Assembly: GCF_006345805.1 (NCBI RefSeq)
Contig: NC_043003.1
Location: forward strand, 95,046,001 to 95,110,000
Direction of reading: 5' to 3'
Source: Octopus sinensis
Taxonomy: Eukaryota
DNA length: 64,000 nt
The notes beneath the pieces are model-generated. The model made no database searches and was not told the DNA's origin. It saw only the letters and a list, made by a program, of their open reading frames with translations. Positions 51,796-64,000 of the stretch are shown one piece after another (within the stretch, counting starts at the first letter, position 1; each line of letters opens with the position of its first letter). The position numbers and the translations under genes are program-made.

Positions 51796-52859
51796 AAGTA
51801 TTTTTAGGATTGGTCAAGTGACACTAATAAGAGCCAAAATTTGCATTAAGGCCATTTGACAATTTTCTTTTTTCCAATGCAGTACCCCACCATGGCTGCA
51901 GTCTAATGACTGACACAAGTAAAAGGAAAATGAAGTGTCTATTTAAAATCCATTCCACTATTTAACTGTGTTTCATGATATTAGTCTACAGACGACATTG
52001 TTTTAACCTCCAAATGTGATTAGAAAGATCATGGATTTTAAATAGTTATTTCTTTGACTTAAAGATTGTTCAAACATTTGAAATTAAAAGAATCATGATC
52101 TTTTCACCACAGTATAACTTCAAATAGATGTTGTTTAGCCATATCCCCCAAAAAAAAGTCTGAGCTTATCACTGCTGATCAGATTCTTACCAAAATTTTG
52201 TTAAATAAAAATAAATATTGTCAGCTACCACTTACATTAATTATGTGAACTCTAGCCTTTGAGACAGATTCATCATGAAACATATAACCACTGAAATAGA
52301 TCTTTCATCATCATCTTTGTGAGATTCAGCATTTTGAAATCTGATGTCACCACTACTTTCTTTTTTCCCCTTGGTCTTGTTCCCCCTTGCAGTTCATTTT
52401 AATTCATTGCTGATTATCTTATCCACATCATATGTCCATATCAGAGTAGTTGTCTCTTCTACACACATTTGACATGAGAAGAAAATGGAAATGGTTGGCA
52501 ACACAGTGTCGAGAAGATTTGCCCTCTTGAGCAAATATGAGAAAACCAGTATAATAAATGGTGGTAGTAATGGAAATTGGATAGCAAAATAGATGTATAT
52601 GTGTGTGAAATACAGTATATATATATATATATATATATAGATGGTGTCCAATATGGCTGCAGTCAGATAACTGAAACAAGTAATATATATATATGTATTT
52701 GTACACATTTGGTTTTCATCCTAAATGCCTTTGTCTAGTATTACATCTCCTATTCCTTGCTAATAACAATCATCCCTGCCTCCATCACTCGTCCCTCAAA
52801 GTGCGTGTGTATTGGTTCACGCGTATCCATACACTTAGCAGCAACACTCAAAGGGAGAG

Positions 52860-53030
52860 GAATCCTTTAGACAACACTATGAATTAGCTCCTACTTCTCA
52901 AACTTTGTCCATCGTGAAACATGTTCCAGCTACTTTCACTCTGCTCAAGAAGGTTGTAAGTTATTTAATACACCTGAAGAGGGAGTTACACAAAATGATT
53001 CATAGAGTATCCTGGAGATTATATTATATC
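52860..53030 (-). mobile_element. Possible Tc1/mariner transposase C-terminal relic
   Basis: tctccaggatactctatgaatcattttgtg resembles a decayed SPDxNPMDYFVW motif. Confidence 0.3.
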
Positions 53031-53039
53031 ATTGTACCA

Positions 53040-53121
53040 AATGTATATATATATGTATATATATATATATATGTGTATATATATATATATGTGTATATAT
53101 ATATATATGTGTATATATATG

Positions 53122-53154
<33 letters not shown>

Positions 53155-53165
53155 GTATATATATG

Positions 53166-53197
<32 letters not shown>

Positions 53198-53215
53198 TAT
53201 ATGTATAATGTGTGT
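53040..53215. repeat. (TA)n/TATG microsatellite
   Basis: Seen directly. Confidence 0.95.
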
Positions 53216-53532
53216 ATAATACATTAATTTTGTGCTTTATAGATCAAATGCTGAGACCTTAAATAACAGCCAATAAAGAACTTTATTTCCAATTGTAATT
53301 TCCAATATCAGCTACTGTAATTGATTATTTGTTATCTCTAAAAGTTCTCATATTTCAATTGAAAAATAAAAATCAATAAATAGCACATAATAGGTGTTAC
53401 GTTTGGCATAAATCTTTTCAGTCACTTCTTCAAGCTAGGAATTTCATTTTCAGTGCAAGATTTCTCCTCAAAAGGTTAGATATTTCTCTTCATTACTATC
53501 TGGCATTACAGAAAAATCCCCACCCGACTTAA

Positions 53533-53755
53533 CCCTTTTGATAGCAAGTTGCCTAAGACCATCACCACTGGTTATAAAATACCAAGTTTCTGTTTTAACG
53601 TGATCTAAATTCAAAACTTCCATTGAAATTTCACGTCAATCTGTGTTCTAAATACCAGTTTGATAAAGACAAAATTATTTTAGTAAATTATTCCTACTTT
53701 TTAGGATTGATTAAAACAGGCACTGTATTTCAACAGAAATATGGGAATGAAAGGG
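53533..53755. mobile_element. piggyBac-type MITE, family 1
   Basis: TTAA|CCCTTT ... AATGAAAGGG|TTAA. Confidence 0.75.
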
Positions 53756-53799
53756 TTAATTCTTCTTTTCCCTCTTTTTTTTTTTTTTTTTTTTTACTA

Positions 53800-54200
53800 T
53801 AGGTGCAAGTGTGGTAAGAAGCTTGCCACACTTGGGTCCAAGTTTGGCCCCACTGCATGGCACCTTGGGCAAGTGTCTTTTATAGTACCAGGTTGACCAG
53901 AGCCTTGTGGGTGGATTTGGTAGAGGGGAGACTAAAGAAGCCCATTATATATATATATATATATATGCATGTATATATCTGTGTGTGTGTCTTTGTGTTT
54001 GTACCCTTCCCACCACTTGACAACCAGTGTTAGTATGTTTACATCCCTGTAACTTAGTGGTTTGGCAAATGAGATCAATAGCTTATGTACCAGGCTTTAA
54101 AAGAAATACTGGAATCTATTCATTTGACCAAAATTCTTCCAAGTGGTGCCTCAACATGGCTACAGTCTTAATGACTGAAATAAATAAAAGGTATAAGAAA
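53800..54200 (+). mobile_element. SINE family A, degenerate
   Basis: Head, core and 3' module present. Confidence 0.8.
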
Positions 54201-54499
54201 AAATAAAGGATCTGTATTGCTCTTACCGAATTGCTTCTTGTGGACGAAACCGATCATCACAAGTCTTCATAGTGTGTGTATTATCATAAATATTGGTATA
54301 GTAGAATAACAGAAACTAGGCTAAATGCCAAACTATATGTAGTTTCCACCTTGTATATTCCAGATAATCCTACAGAGCTTAACTTAGTAGTTTAACTTTG
54401 AAGGCCCAATAAAATATGTAGGAGTAATATACTAGGTTCAAATAAGGTGGCGAGCTGTCAGAACCGTTAGCACGCGGGCGAAATGCGTAGCCGTATTTC

Positions 54500-54900
54500 T
54501 CATTAGGATTACAAAAATGGATCCTCTTTTCATCTCCAGTTACAATTCAACACCAAAAACAGGCATCTTGAGGATTTATAAATGTTCACATGTTGCTGAT
54601 CCTGGTCATTGGTTAGTTTGTGCAGAACTCCTCAACACCATTTGTTCAAAAGGTTGAGCTTATGAAGGTGTTGACTGATGGAACTTTGTGAAGGACCAAG
54701 TTCTGCTGACAATGTTTGAGTGCTTGTGCTTGGTAGTTGTTCAACCATTTCAAGCAAAACCTCATTTTCCACAGCCAAAGGTCCTCTTGCTTTGTCTTTA
54801 AGGCTGGTGCCACATTCTTTGATATGTCTGAACCCGTTTTGGCTACATATTCATTAATATTTACTGGGCCTTCCACTCAATCCTTTTTTCCACATGTTGC
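54500..54900 (-). mobile_element. Mariner transposase pseudogene fragment
   Basis: LLEMVEQLPSTSTQTLSAELG...HLHKL...VLHKLTNDQ (WVPHxL-like), then IVTGDEKRIHF (first catalytic D). Confidence 0.82.
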
Positions 54901-55304
54901 ATAAGATGGATCTAGTTGCAGTTATTTCACCATTTAATATCAAAACTATAAAATAAAGAATAAATAATTCAGAAACAATCAAACATGATGATACAAGTTG
55001 CCAAAAATCACAAGTGAAAATCCGAAACACTTTTCACTGAACCTGGTACGTGTTTGAGTGAGTGTGCATGTATGTATACATATACTAGAGTAAACACATA
55101 AATGTGGAACAAGGTGGAAAAAAGAATACTCAAATACCAGTGGTAGAGTAATATACATATATGTATATACTCATATGTGTATACACATACATATGTATTT
55201 ACAAATAACATCCCATTTTCCATGCTGGCATGGGTTGTCTGCTTCAACATGAGCTGTGCCAAGCTCCATTGTCAGTATCAATGTGTGCATATATGTATAT
55301 ATGA

Positions 55305-55640
55305 AGGCGCATGGCTCAGTGGTAAGAGTGTCGGGCTCACAATCATGAAGTAGTGAGTTTGATTCCTGGACTGGCTGTGTGTTGTGCTCTTGAACAAGAC
55401 ACTTTATTTCATGTTTCTCCAGTTGATTCAGCTGTAGAAATGAGTTACAGCATCACTGGTGCAAAGCTGTATCGGCCCCTTTGCCTTTCCCTTGGGTAAC
55501 ATCAATGGCATGGAGAGGGGAGGCTGGTTTGTATGGGCGACTGCTGGTCTTCCATAAACAACCTTGCCTGGACTTGTACCTCGGAGGGTAACTTTCCAGG
55601 TGCAATTCCTTGCTCATTCATGTCCAAAGAGTGTCTTCTA
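55305..55640 (+). mobile_element. SINE family D, uninterrupted
   Basis: Same head and body as 20728-21498, without the LINE. Confidence 0.82.
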
Positions 55641-55658
55641 CTCTATATGTATATGATA

Positions 55659-55966
55659 CTAGCAGTATTGCCCGGCGTTGCTCAGGTTTGTAAGGGAAAT
55701 AACTATATAAGCATTTTTAGAGAGTTACTTCCCTTATATAAACCGAGCAAAAAATGCATTAAAAAAAACGAAAAAATGATGGTAAATTTTTTTTTAAATC
55801 ATAGACTCATCGTAGACACGCGCTAATACCCAGAAGGGCTCGATATGAATCATGACTATAAGATACCCGCTTTTGGTTAAACTGCACCGCAAAATGTAGG
55901 AGTAGTTAGGAATCTAAATCGGAGGAGACAGACTCACACACACAACTTCAGTTTTATATATAAAGA
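55659..55966 (-). mobile_element. Non-autonomous Helitron (308 bp)
   Basis: Minus strand A|TCTTTATATATAAAACTGAAG ... gagcaacgccgggc hairpin, CTAG|T. Confidence 0.82.
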
Positions 55967-57180
55967 TATGGTGAGCTAGCAAAGTTGTGAAAATGTCAGA
56001 TAGTTTGTTTTGTTGTATTCTTTGTGACATTTTGTACTCAGATCAGTGTTGACAGTACCAGTCTTGTACTGGGATCTGTTCTTCTGTTTCACTCAATCTT
56101 ACTATCTGTGTGTTACACAGTAGTTTGAAATGGGCTTCACTATCATATAAGCGTAGTTATCCATTTTCAATCAAAAGCTTATCTGGTGATGGAGAAAAAT
56201 TTTTTTCACTTAGAAATAGGAAGGGCAACTGGCTGAGAAAATTTACTGTTACAAACTCCATTTGAACCATGCCATCTGAAGACATTAGAATGATGATGTC
56301 TAAGGAGAAAGTGAAATGAAAATTTAAGGCATTGACTAACTTTGTCAGGAATTGTGCCAATGGAAGTAAAACTTTTCTGGCTGGAAATTGAAGCAATTTG
56401 CAGTTGCGAACTTATTACAAGAATGGGTTTGCTTCAAAAAATGCAAGCTGCAGTGGTGGTGGCAGCAGCAGCAGTAGTAGTAGTAGTTGTAGTAGTAGTG
56501 GTGGTGGTACAATTTGATCTTCTTGCCCTATACTATAATTAATTCAGATGTTGGCAAATTCATAACTAAATATTACACAGTAAACTTAATACCCATGCTA
56601 AAAGATGACAAAACCTTTGATGATTGATAATGTTGCCAATAAAAGACTCTGGAATCCTGCTTGTTTGCTGGTTTCAAATTGACTCTTTTACCAAGCTATT
56701 GAATTACCTTTTCAACAAATTTTCTGAAAGCTGAATCCTTCTTATTTAGAAGTAGCTAAAAACACTTCCATTGGACATTGGAGAAAAGTTACTTTATGCC
56801 GAAATAAGTATTGTAAATCTATTATCGTCTTTTTGTTTTGTTCTTTAATAAAAGAAAGGGGTGTTTTTCGTTTTTGCTTCATTTTTTACATACATTCAGT
56901 CATTGGTTTGTTTTTATGTTCATTTTCCCATGTCAGCATAGGTTAGATCAGTATTTCTCAACCATTTTTTACCTAGGGACCGTTTTGATTCCTATTTTAC
57001 TTGGATGGATCTTCCTAGCCATTTGATGTTTTAAGAAAATCATATTGTATTTTTATAATTAAATATCAAATTAAAATATTTTATGTATTGTAGAAATATA
57101 AGCAATTTATTGCAGATAAATTTTAACAGCAAAATCTTATATGGATCCCAACTAAGAACCAATTAAATGAACATATTATT

Positions 57181-57637
57181 CATTATCATCATCATCATCA
57201 TCATTTAACGTCCGTTTTCCATGCTAGCATGGGTTGGATGATTTGACTGAGGACTGGCAAACCAGATGGCTGCACCAGGCTCCAATCTGATCTGCCAGAG
57301 TTTCTACAGCTGGATGCCCTTCCTAATGCCAACCACTCTGAGAGTGTAGTGGGTGCTTTTACATGCCACCGGCACAAGGGCCAGTCAAGTAGTGTTTTTA
57401 TATGTCACCTGCACAGGAGCCAGTCCAATGGCACTGATAACGACCTCACTCAAATGTTTTTCACATGCCAGTAAGGCGACACTGATAACACTCACATTTG
57501 AATGGTGCTTTTTATGTGCCACCAGCATGGAAGCCAGTCAGCTGCTCTGGCAGCAATCATGCTCGGATGGTGCTCTTAGCACTCCGCTGGCACTGGTGTC
57601 ATCGAATCTGCAAATTTGATTTGATTTTGATTTCATT
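57181..57637 (-). mobile_element. RTE 3' UTR copy with internal tandem units
   Basis: Colinear with the reverse complement of 18636-19115, including the (AAATC)n-like upstream end. Confidence 0.82.
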
Positions 57638-58000
57638 GAGGAGGCATTTTCCAGCCAGCTACCCTTCCTGTTGCTAAACCCATACCAGTTTTTGAAGTAA
57701 GATAGGGATTTCTTAGTCTATATGCCTGTGAAGGAGCAAAGGCAGCAGAGAATTTGTTGGCAGGGGAACTATCACGAACATCCCTGCTTGTTGCTCAATG
57801 GTTTTTGAAGAAATTTAAGTGGAAACAAATAGACAGGCACAAACATGCACTCACAGATACATACATGCATTATAATATTTTGTGTGTAAAGTGTGTAAGG
57901 CAGAACTCTTAGTATGCTGGGAAAAAGGTTTAGCTGTATTTTTTCCATTTTTATTTACTGAGGTTGACTTTACCTTTCATCCTTTTAGGGTAAATATATA

Positions 58001-58200
58001 TTTCTTTATTGCCCAGAAGGGGCTAAACATAGAGGGGACAAACAAGGACAGGCAAAGGGATTAAGTCGATTACATCGACCCCAGTGCGAAACTGGTACTT
58101 TATTTATCGACCACGAAAGGATGAAAGGCAAAGTTGACCTCGGCGGAATTTGAACTCAGAACATAATGACAGACGAAATACCGCTAAGCATTTTGCCGCC
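58001..58200 (-). mobile_element. SINE B1 nested inside an older plus-strand B copy
   Basis: Flanked by the duplicated ccttttagggta(gggta)aatata. Confidence 0.8.
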
Positions 58201-58671
58201 TTTTAGGGTAGGGTAAATATAAGTGCCAGTTAAACAATAGGTTTGATGTAATCAACTTACTCCATCGCTAATGCTGGTCCTGTTCCAAAATTTGAAACTT
58301 TATATTCTGTTTGTATGTTCAGTGAGCTTCTTTCAGTTTCTGTTTACCAAATTCTCTTACATGGCTTTTGATGACCCAGAGTTATAGTAGATGACACTTT
58401 CCCTAAAATGACACAAAGTGGGACTGAATCCAAAACCTAGTCTTTGATACTCTCTTTTACTGAATCTCAGTGAAGTGTCAGTGTGGCAAGTTACCAAAGT
58501 TATTAGAGGTTAAGACAAAATAAATGTCTTGCAGTATTTGTTCTAACTCTGCTCTATGGGTTCAAATCCCGCTAGGGTCAGTTTTGTCTTCCGTCTTTTT
58601 GGGGTTGATAAAACAAAGTATAGGTGCACCACCAATGTTCTGGTGTCCTTTGTTCCAAAACCTTGATGGAT

Positions 58672-58962
58672 TAATTATTTTACCTGACCATCTGTAGTCA
58701 CATAGCAATAATTTATCAACACACCTTTGCTTTTTAATATTCATCATCATCATCGTTTAATGTCCGCTTTCCATGCTAGCATGGGTTGGACGATTTTGAT
58801 TGAGGGCTGGCGAACCAGATGGCTGCACCAGGCTCCAATCTTGATTTGGCATCCAGCTGTAGAAACTCTGCCAAATCAAGATGATGATGATGAATATTAA
58901 AAAGCAAAGGTGTGTTGATAAATTATTGTTATGTGACCACAGATGGTCAGGTAAAATAATTA
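58672..58962. repeat. Inverted duplication (83-bp arms) around a rearranged RTE tail
   Basis: 58672-58754 versus the reverse complement of 58880-58962: 2 mismatches. Confidence 0.9.
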
Positions 58963-59639
58963 TAAACAGTAAATGAATCAATGCCATCCGTATCACAGTT
59001 TATGTTCTGAAATATCATGACTCATTGTTCTACAATTGTCCGATTTTATCTCGAGTCAGTATGGCTTGGTATTTACACTTGACTCTACCACTGATTCTTT
59101 CAGTTCCATTACTTGTAGTAGCTAAACCAAGGATATACAGGTGATTACTCAAACTTTTGTTATCACCTCTAACAATTGCAGTGTAAATAATGCACGTAAA
59201 CACAGAACATACAATGCCACTTGTGGTTTTGCAGTGAACTAGACTGTGATAACTTCAAGAATTTCAAGTTGCTGCTTGCAATTTATCTGGATCAAAAGAG
59301 GTGCCAAACCATCAGTTGCCAGAAAATCAGTGGAAAATAAGGATTAGCCTTATTATTACAATCTTTTTGTTGTGTCTGTTCCAGTTCTTTACATTCTGTG
59401 TTCTTAAGTGGTAGACTTAATCCAGTGCTTCTCAAACTTCTTTTAATTATTGCCCTTTCTTTTACTAACACTTCTTCAATGCCTCCTTGTTATGATTCAT
59501 CAAAATTTTAAATACACCACATGTACACAGGCGTATTTATGCACATACATCAGGACATTATTCTATGCTACAGGTGCAGTGGCTGCCTTTATTGTATGTG
59601 TGGAAATACAAGTTTTGAGAATTAGATCTTTTAAATTAT

Positions 59640-61190
59640 ACCTTAGTTTATTGTTTATAGTGTACATGTTTAGGTAATCTATATTTGGTTTTCTTTATTT
59701 ACTTATTCACATTTCTAATTTCATAATTATTGTTGTAATTAATTATTGTTGTCACAAGCAGTTTATTATAGTACTACATTTGTTTTAAAGCTAATATCTG
59801 AATAGAAGATAAAGATTTAAAAAAAAAAAATATACAGGTACATCATTGACTCCACTATTATCACCCATTATATCCCCTAAATTCATAGTTTTCCATTGAT
59901 CATCAGTGAGAATTACTCACTTTCAGCAGCTCTTAACTTAATCTATCACCCAGTTTAACACCACCAACCTACTTCTTGGGTGCCTTTTATCAGAGTTCAG
60001 TGTTGCAAATATTTAAGCCCAGTTCTCCTGTTTGGTAGTAACATCCTTACTTCCTCCCACCATCATCAGAGATATTGATAAGAGGAAAATAATTCGGAAG
60101 GAAGCCCTATATGCTACACCCCTCTCTCTCTCTTTCTCTCTAACGAAAAGGTACAAATTGTTTTTAAACTCAGTGTCCAGATTCTAGATATAATTCTTTC
60201 TAATTTTGGTAGTAGGTCACCGATGATTTTGAGAGGACAGGATAAATCAATTACATTGACTCCAGTGCTCGACTCATACTTATCAAACCTGAAAGGATGG
60301 AAAGGTACAGTCAACCTCAGAAGAATTTGAACTCAGGTCATCATCATCATTTAGCATCTGTCTTCCATGCTGACATGGGTTGAATGGTTCAACTGGATCT
60401 TGCAAGCCAAACAGCTACACTAGACTCCATTAATCTGCTTTGGCATGGTTTCTACAGCTGGATGCTCTTCCTGATACCAACCATTTTACAGAGTGTACCA
60501 GGTGCTATTTATGTGACACCAGCATAGGTGCTTTTTACACAGCTTCACTAATTAGCTTGCAAGACAAAGACTCCTCAGCTAAGAAAGTGGTTGAAACTAA
60601 GTGGTTGTAAGCCAGATATGAGGTTAGAGTATAATAGAGGTACAGAGATAATTGTCTTACTGTAGAAGGGGTATCCTTGGCTAACCCTGAAGCGGAAAGA
60701 GAAATAGATGGTGTTGGTAATAAAGAGCCAAAAGAAATGCTGTTAAGTATTTTGCCTGATACAGAAATGATTCTACTAGCTTGCTGCTCTAGTTCTAAAT
60801 CTATAATGGAAGAATTAAATAAATGGATGGCTAGCAGATATTCAATGGGGCAAATCTCTTAATGCAGTAGCTTATTGGACTTACTAAATAAACACATAGT
60901 TTTATTGATATTCTACTTCATGGAAACTCAAAACAATAGAGTATCAGGCTGCAGAGATGCATAGGTTGTCTGTATCTGGTTTTCTTTATTTCCTTGTTCA
61001 CATTTCTAAGTTCAAAATTACATTGTTATTGTGACTAACAAGCAGTTTATTATAGAGTTACATTCAATTGTTACAAGGCAAAAATTTTTTTAAAAAACTA
61101 TACAAGTGCAGCATCAACCCCAACTATTATTTATTTTATCCCCTAAATCCATATTTTTCTGTTGCCCATCAGTGAGAAGTACTGCTCCCT
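59640..61190 (+). repeat. Two diverged direct copies of an element of about 260 bp (59640-59900 and 60930-61190), probably a hAT-MITE half
   Basis: Shared ggttttctttattt.ctt.ttcacatttctaa, acaagcagtttattatag, atcccctaaat and catcagtgagaa.tact. Confidence 0.6.
60200..60700 (-). mobile_element. SINE B fragment followed by an RTE 3' UTR fragment
   Basis: B core at about 60280-60340; catcatcat tail at about 60341. Confidence 0.65.
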
Positions 61191-61314
61191 TTCAGAAGTA
61201 GAGATAACCACAACAGATTTTGATTTATCATAACACAAATTAATGTTAAGAAATGAATATAACAGTCTATGCTGTTATTTAAATCTCATTGAGCCAATCT
61301 TGATAACTTGTCTC

Positions 61315-61414
<100 letters not shown>

Positions 61415-62141
61415 TGTGATATTTAGAACTACATTAATCAACATGTCCTTCCTCCCTGCCGCCACGATGGTAGGGTTTGATTTGAGAATTTGGCTGCTAT
61501 ATCTAGCATAGCAGCATGGAACAACTGTATAGAAAACCTTCAAGCATTTAATGGTTAAAATCACTGTACTACACTTACACTGCAACTGCTTTATTCCCAA
61601 TACATAGTCTCGTGTCAAATCAAATCACTTGCTGAGCAAAGTCAAGAACATATATATTTATATAGATTACATACAGACATACACATGTGTTACACTTGGG
61701 ACAATGTCAGCTGAAAATATATAAAACAAAAATGTGCAACTGGTTCAAAAGCCTGTAATTTTAATAAAACACTTCAGATATTTTTTTTCATTTATTCTTG
61801 ATGTCAATATATATTAATAATATCTTTGTATATGTAAGATATACACACATCCATACATAGAGCTTTGTTTCTTTGTTAGATGCCAACCAACCCCATCTTC
61901 ACAAGAATTCTCAGAATTAAAATAAACAATGCTATCCTCTCTCTCTCGCTCCTTTCATACTATTGTTGTCTTTCTCAGTAATTACTGTGTTAAATTCTCG
62001 AATGTAATCAGTTATATTTGTGTGTCCCTAATGATATGTAAATGCATATATTCACTTGATATTGTCATCAGACAAGATAAAAATAGTCAATGTTTTTAGA
62101 CTTATTTTTATTTATTTATTTCCAAAATTATCTTTCCTTCA

Positions 62142-62204
<63 letters not shown>

Positions 62205-62929
62205 CTTCTCTCATCTGAGCATTTAAACAGATTTCAAGTAATGTCACTGTGACATTTTTTTTTTAAATGTAGATTTTTTTTCTGCAAATGTATTTAACTG
62301 AAATAAATGACTGATTGTAAACAGATTTTACTAAAATAAGCCATATAACTTATTAAGAAAATAATAACAAAGCAAGCTAAGATAAACAAAACGTCTGTCA
62401 AAGGCTGACATTAATGTGTAGCTTCAGTTAAAGATGTTTTATCATAGCATTAATTCTTGTTTCAATAAACACTTCTGCTATCTTCTTTCATTGACCTCTC
62501 ATCATTATAAACAGCACTCTTGTATTGTTTGATAATATTCTTACTTTCTTTAATATTACTCTCACCCTTTTTAATACTTCTCTCATTCTGTTTTCTGGTA
62601 TTTGTACTTTTATATAATAATACCGTTGTGGATTTTTCTTAGTAATTTGTATTTTTTAAGCAATTTCCAAATGCTGGTATTCATGTTTTTTTTTTCTGTT
62701 GTTTTTTAGCTGTTTTCTTTTCCCTTTCTATTGTTTGTCATTCTTTTGAGACTGTTTTCATATATTATTTTATGGAATTCTTCTACTTAAAGATAATTCA
62801 TGTTTTTGATAATGCTATCATATCAGTTGATTATATCCTAATTTTATTTAGATATCACTCTCTCGCACCTTATTCAGTATACTAACAGAATTAAGAACTA
62901 AATAGCCCTAAATTCTTGGAGTTCTTTTA

Positions 62930-63812
62930 TGAGGTCTGATCAATAAGTATCCAGACTGTTGCTAAAGTAACACTAACAAAGTAACATAGTAATGAAGCTA
63001 AAGCATACAGAGTGAAACCGCTTGGCACAGCTTGACTTTGAACCCTGTTGTGCATGCACTCTAAGTTTTAATATTCTAGCTCACTTCTGCTGTTTACAGC
63101 AGTGCTTAGAAGGAAGGTGTGTAGTGTCTGATCGCATTGACCCTAAAAGAGTAAGTTGAGCAGAGAATCTGCATCAAATTTTGCCAAAAGCTTGGCAATA
63201 CCTGTCCAGAGGCCTATGCAAAGTTTTCAAAATATTTTCATCGTTCTCAACACAATCAACGAGATCTTGTACAACTGAAACCCGAGTGTCTTTATGATCA
63301 GCTGAAAGCAGTTTTGGCACAAACTTGGCAGACATGTGTCTCATACTCAAATCTTCATTGATAATGGACTGAACTGAACCATAACTAATCTGTACATCAT
63401 CTGATAACTCACAGTTAGTGATTCGACAATTTCCCCCCACACAGCTGCATGCACATCTGCGATGTTTTTCTCAATTCTGCTGGTTGTCAGTCTCCCAGAA
63501 CATTCATCAATATTGACACTTTTTAGTCCATCTTGGAAATGTCTGAACTACTCATACACTTTCCACAACTTTGCACAGGCCTCTGAGCAGGTATTGCCAT
63601 GACAACTTTCTCTGTCATGGTCAATGTGATGATCACATGCTACATACCTTCCTCCCAAGCACTGCTGTAAACAACAGAAGTGAACTACAATATTAAAACT
63701 TAGTGCACATGCACAGCAGAGTTTAAGGTCAATCTTTGCTAAGCGGCTTCACTCTGCATGCTTTAGCTTCATTACTATGGCAACAGTCCGGATACTTATT
63801 GATCAGACCTCA
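62930..63812. mobile_element. Mariner fold-back element (883 bp) made of two head-to-head 5' ends
   Basis: TA|TGAGGTCTGATCAATAAGTATCC...GGATACTTATTGATCAGACCTCA|TA. Plus strand gives VEQRICIKFCQKLG; minus strand gives LSMRHMSAKFVPKLLS (WVP-like motif). Confidence 0.9.
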
Positions 63813-64000
63813 TATTTGGTTGATAGTAGTTGATTATGTATATTTTATCATGGAAGTGTATTTGTTATTTTTTAATGTCATCTATCTCTATCCTTAAAAT
63901 TTGGTCATGCAAATTTTGAAACCTATCAGATTTTATGATACTAATTATTTCGATTAATTTATAGATGAAAATAATTTCCAATATGTACTTTTACTCTACT

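Noticed and set aside
52393-52590. Strong plus-strand acceptor followed by a frame with one in-frame TGA (selenoprotein idea)
   Set aside because: No similarity to known selenoprotein families and no SECIS seen. Could still be a non-coding or terminal exon.
55305-55380. tRNA genes at SINE heads (also 1510-1583, 20728-20800)
   Set aside because: A and B boxes are present, but there is no complete cloverleaf and they run into SINE bodies.
56157-56460. Coding-like stretch with scattered stops
   Set aside because: No recognisable transposase or host domain, so it could not be assigned.

Overview
This is AT-rich eukaryotic genomic DNA, almost certainly from an octopus (inferred from the SINE families, RTE tails and (TA)n/(CA)n density). 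No protein-coding gene could be identified by name; nearly all ORFs in the supplied track are microsatellite or repeat artefacts. The window is mainly a mosaic of mobile-element relics: at least four tRNA-headed SINE families (my labels A, B, D, E), RTE-LINE 3' ends, two CR1/L2-type LINE fragments, two Penelope-like relics, Helitron pieces, mariner fold-back elements, piggyBac- and hAT-type MITEs, and one 5S rRNA pseudogene. A CpG-retaining segment at about 15.6-17.6 kb with an E2F-type site, plus a few splice-flanked micro-ORFs, suggests a sparse multi-exon gene, but this is low confidence. The most interesting signals are at the RNA or rearrangement level: a 5S-SINE chimera nested in a hAT MITE; a SINE-LINE shared 3' stem-loop with compensatory changes; a hairpin-repeat array in the RTE 3' UTR; a triple-nested insertion inside a same-strand SINE array; and many long inverted repeats. 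All coordinates were read by eye, and repeat boundaries may be off by some bases.
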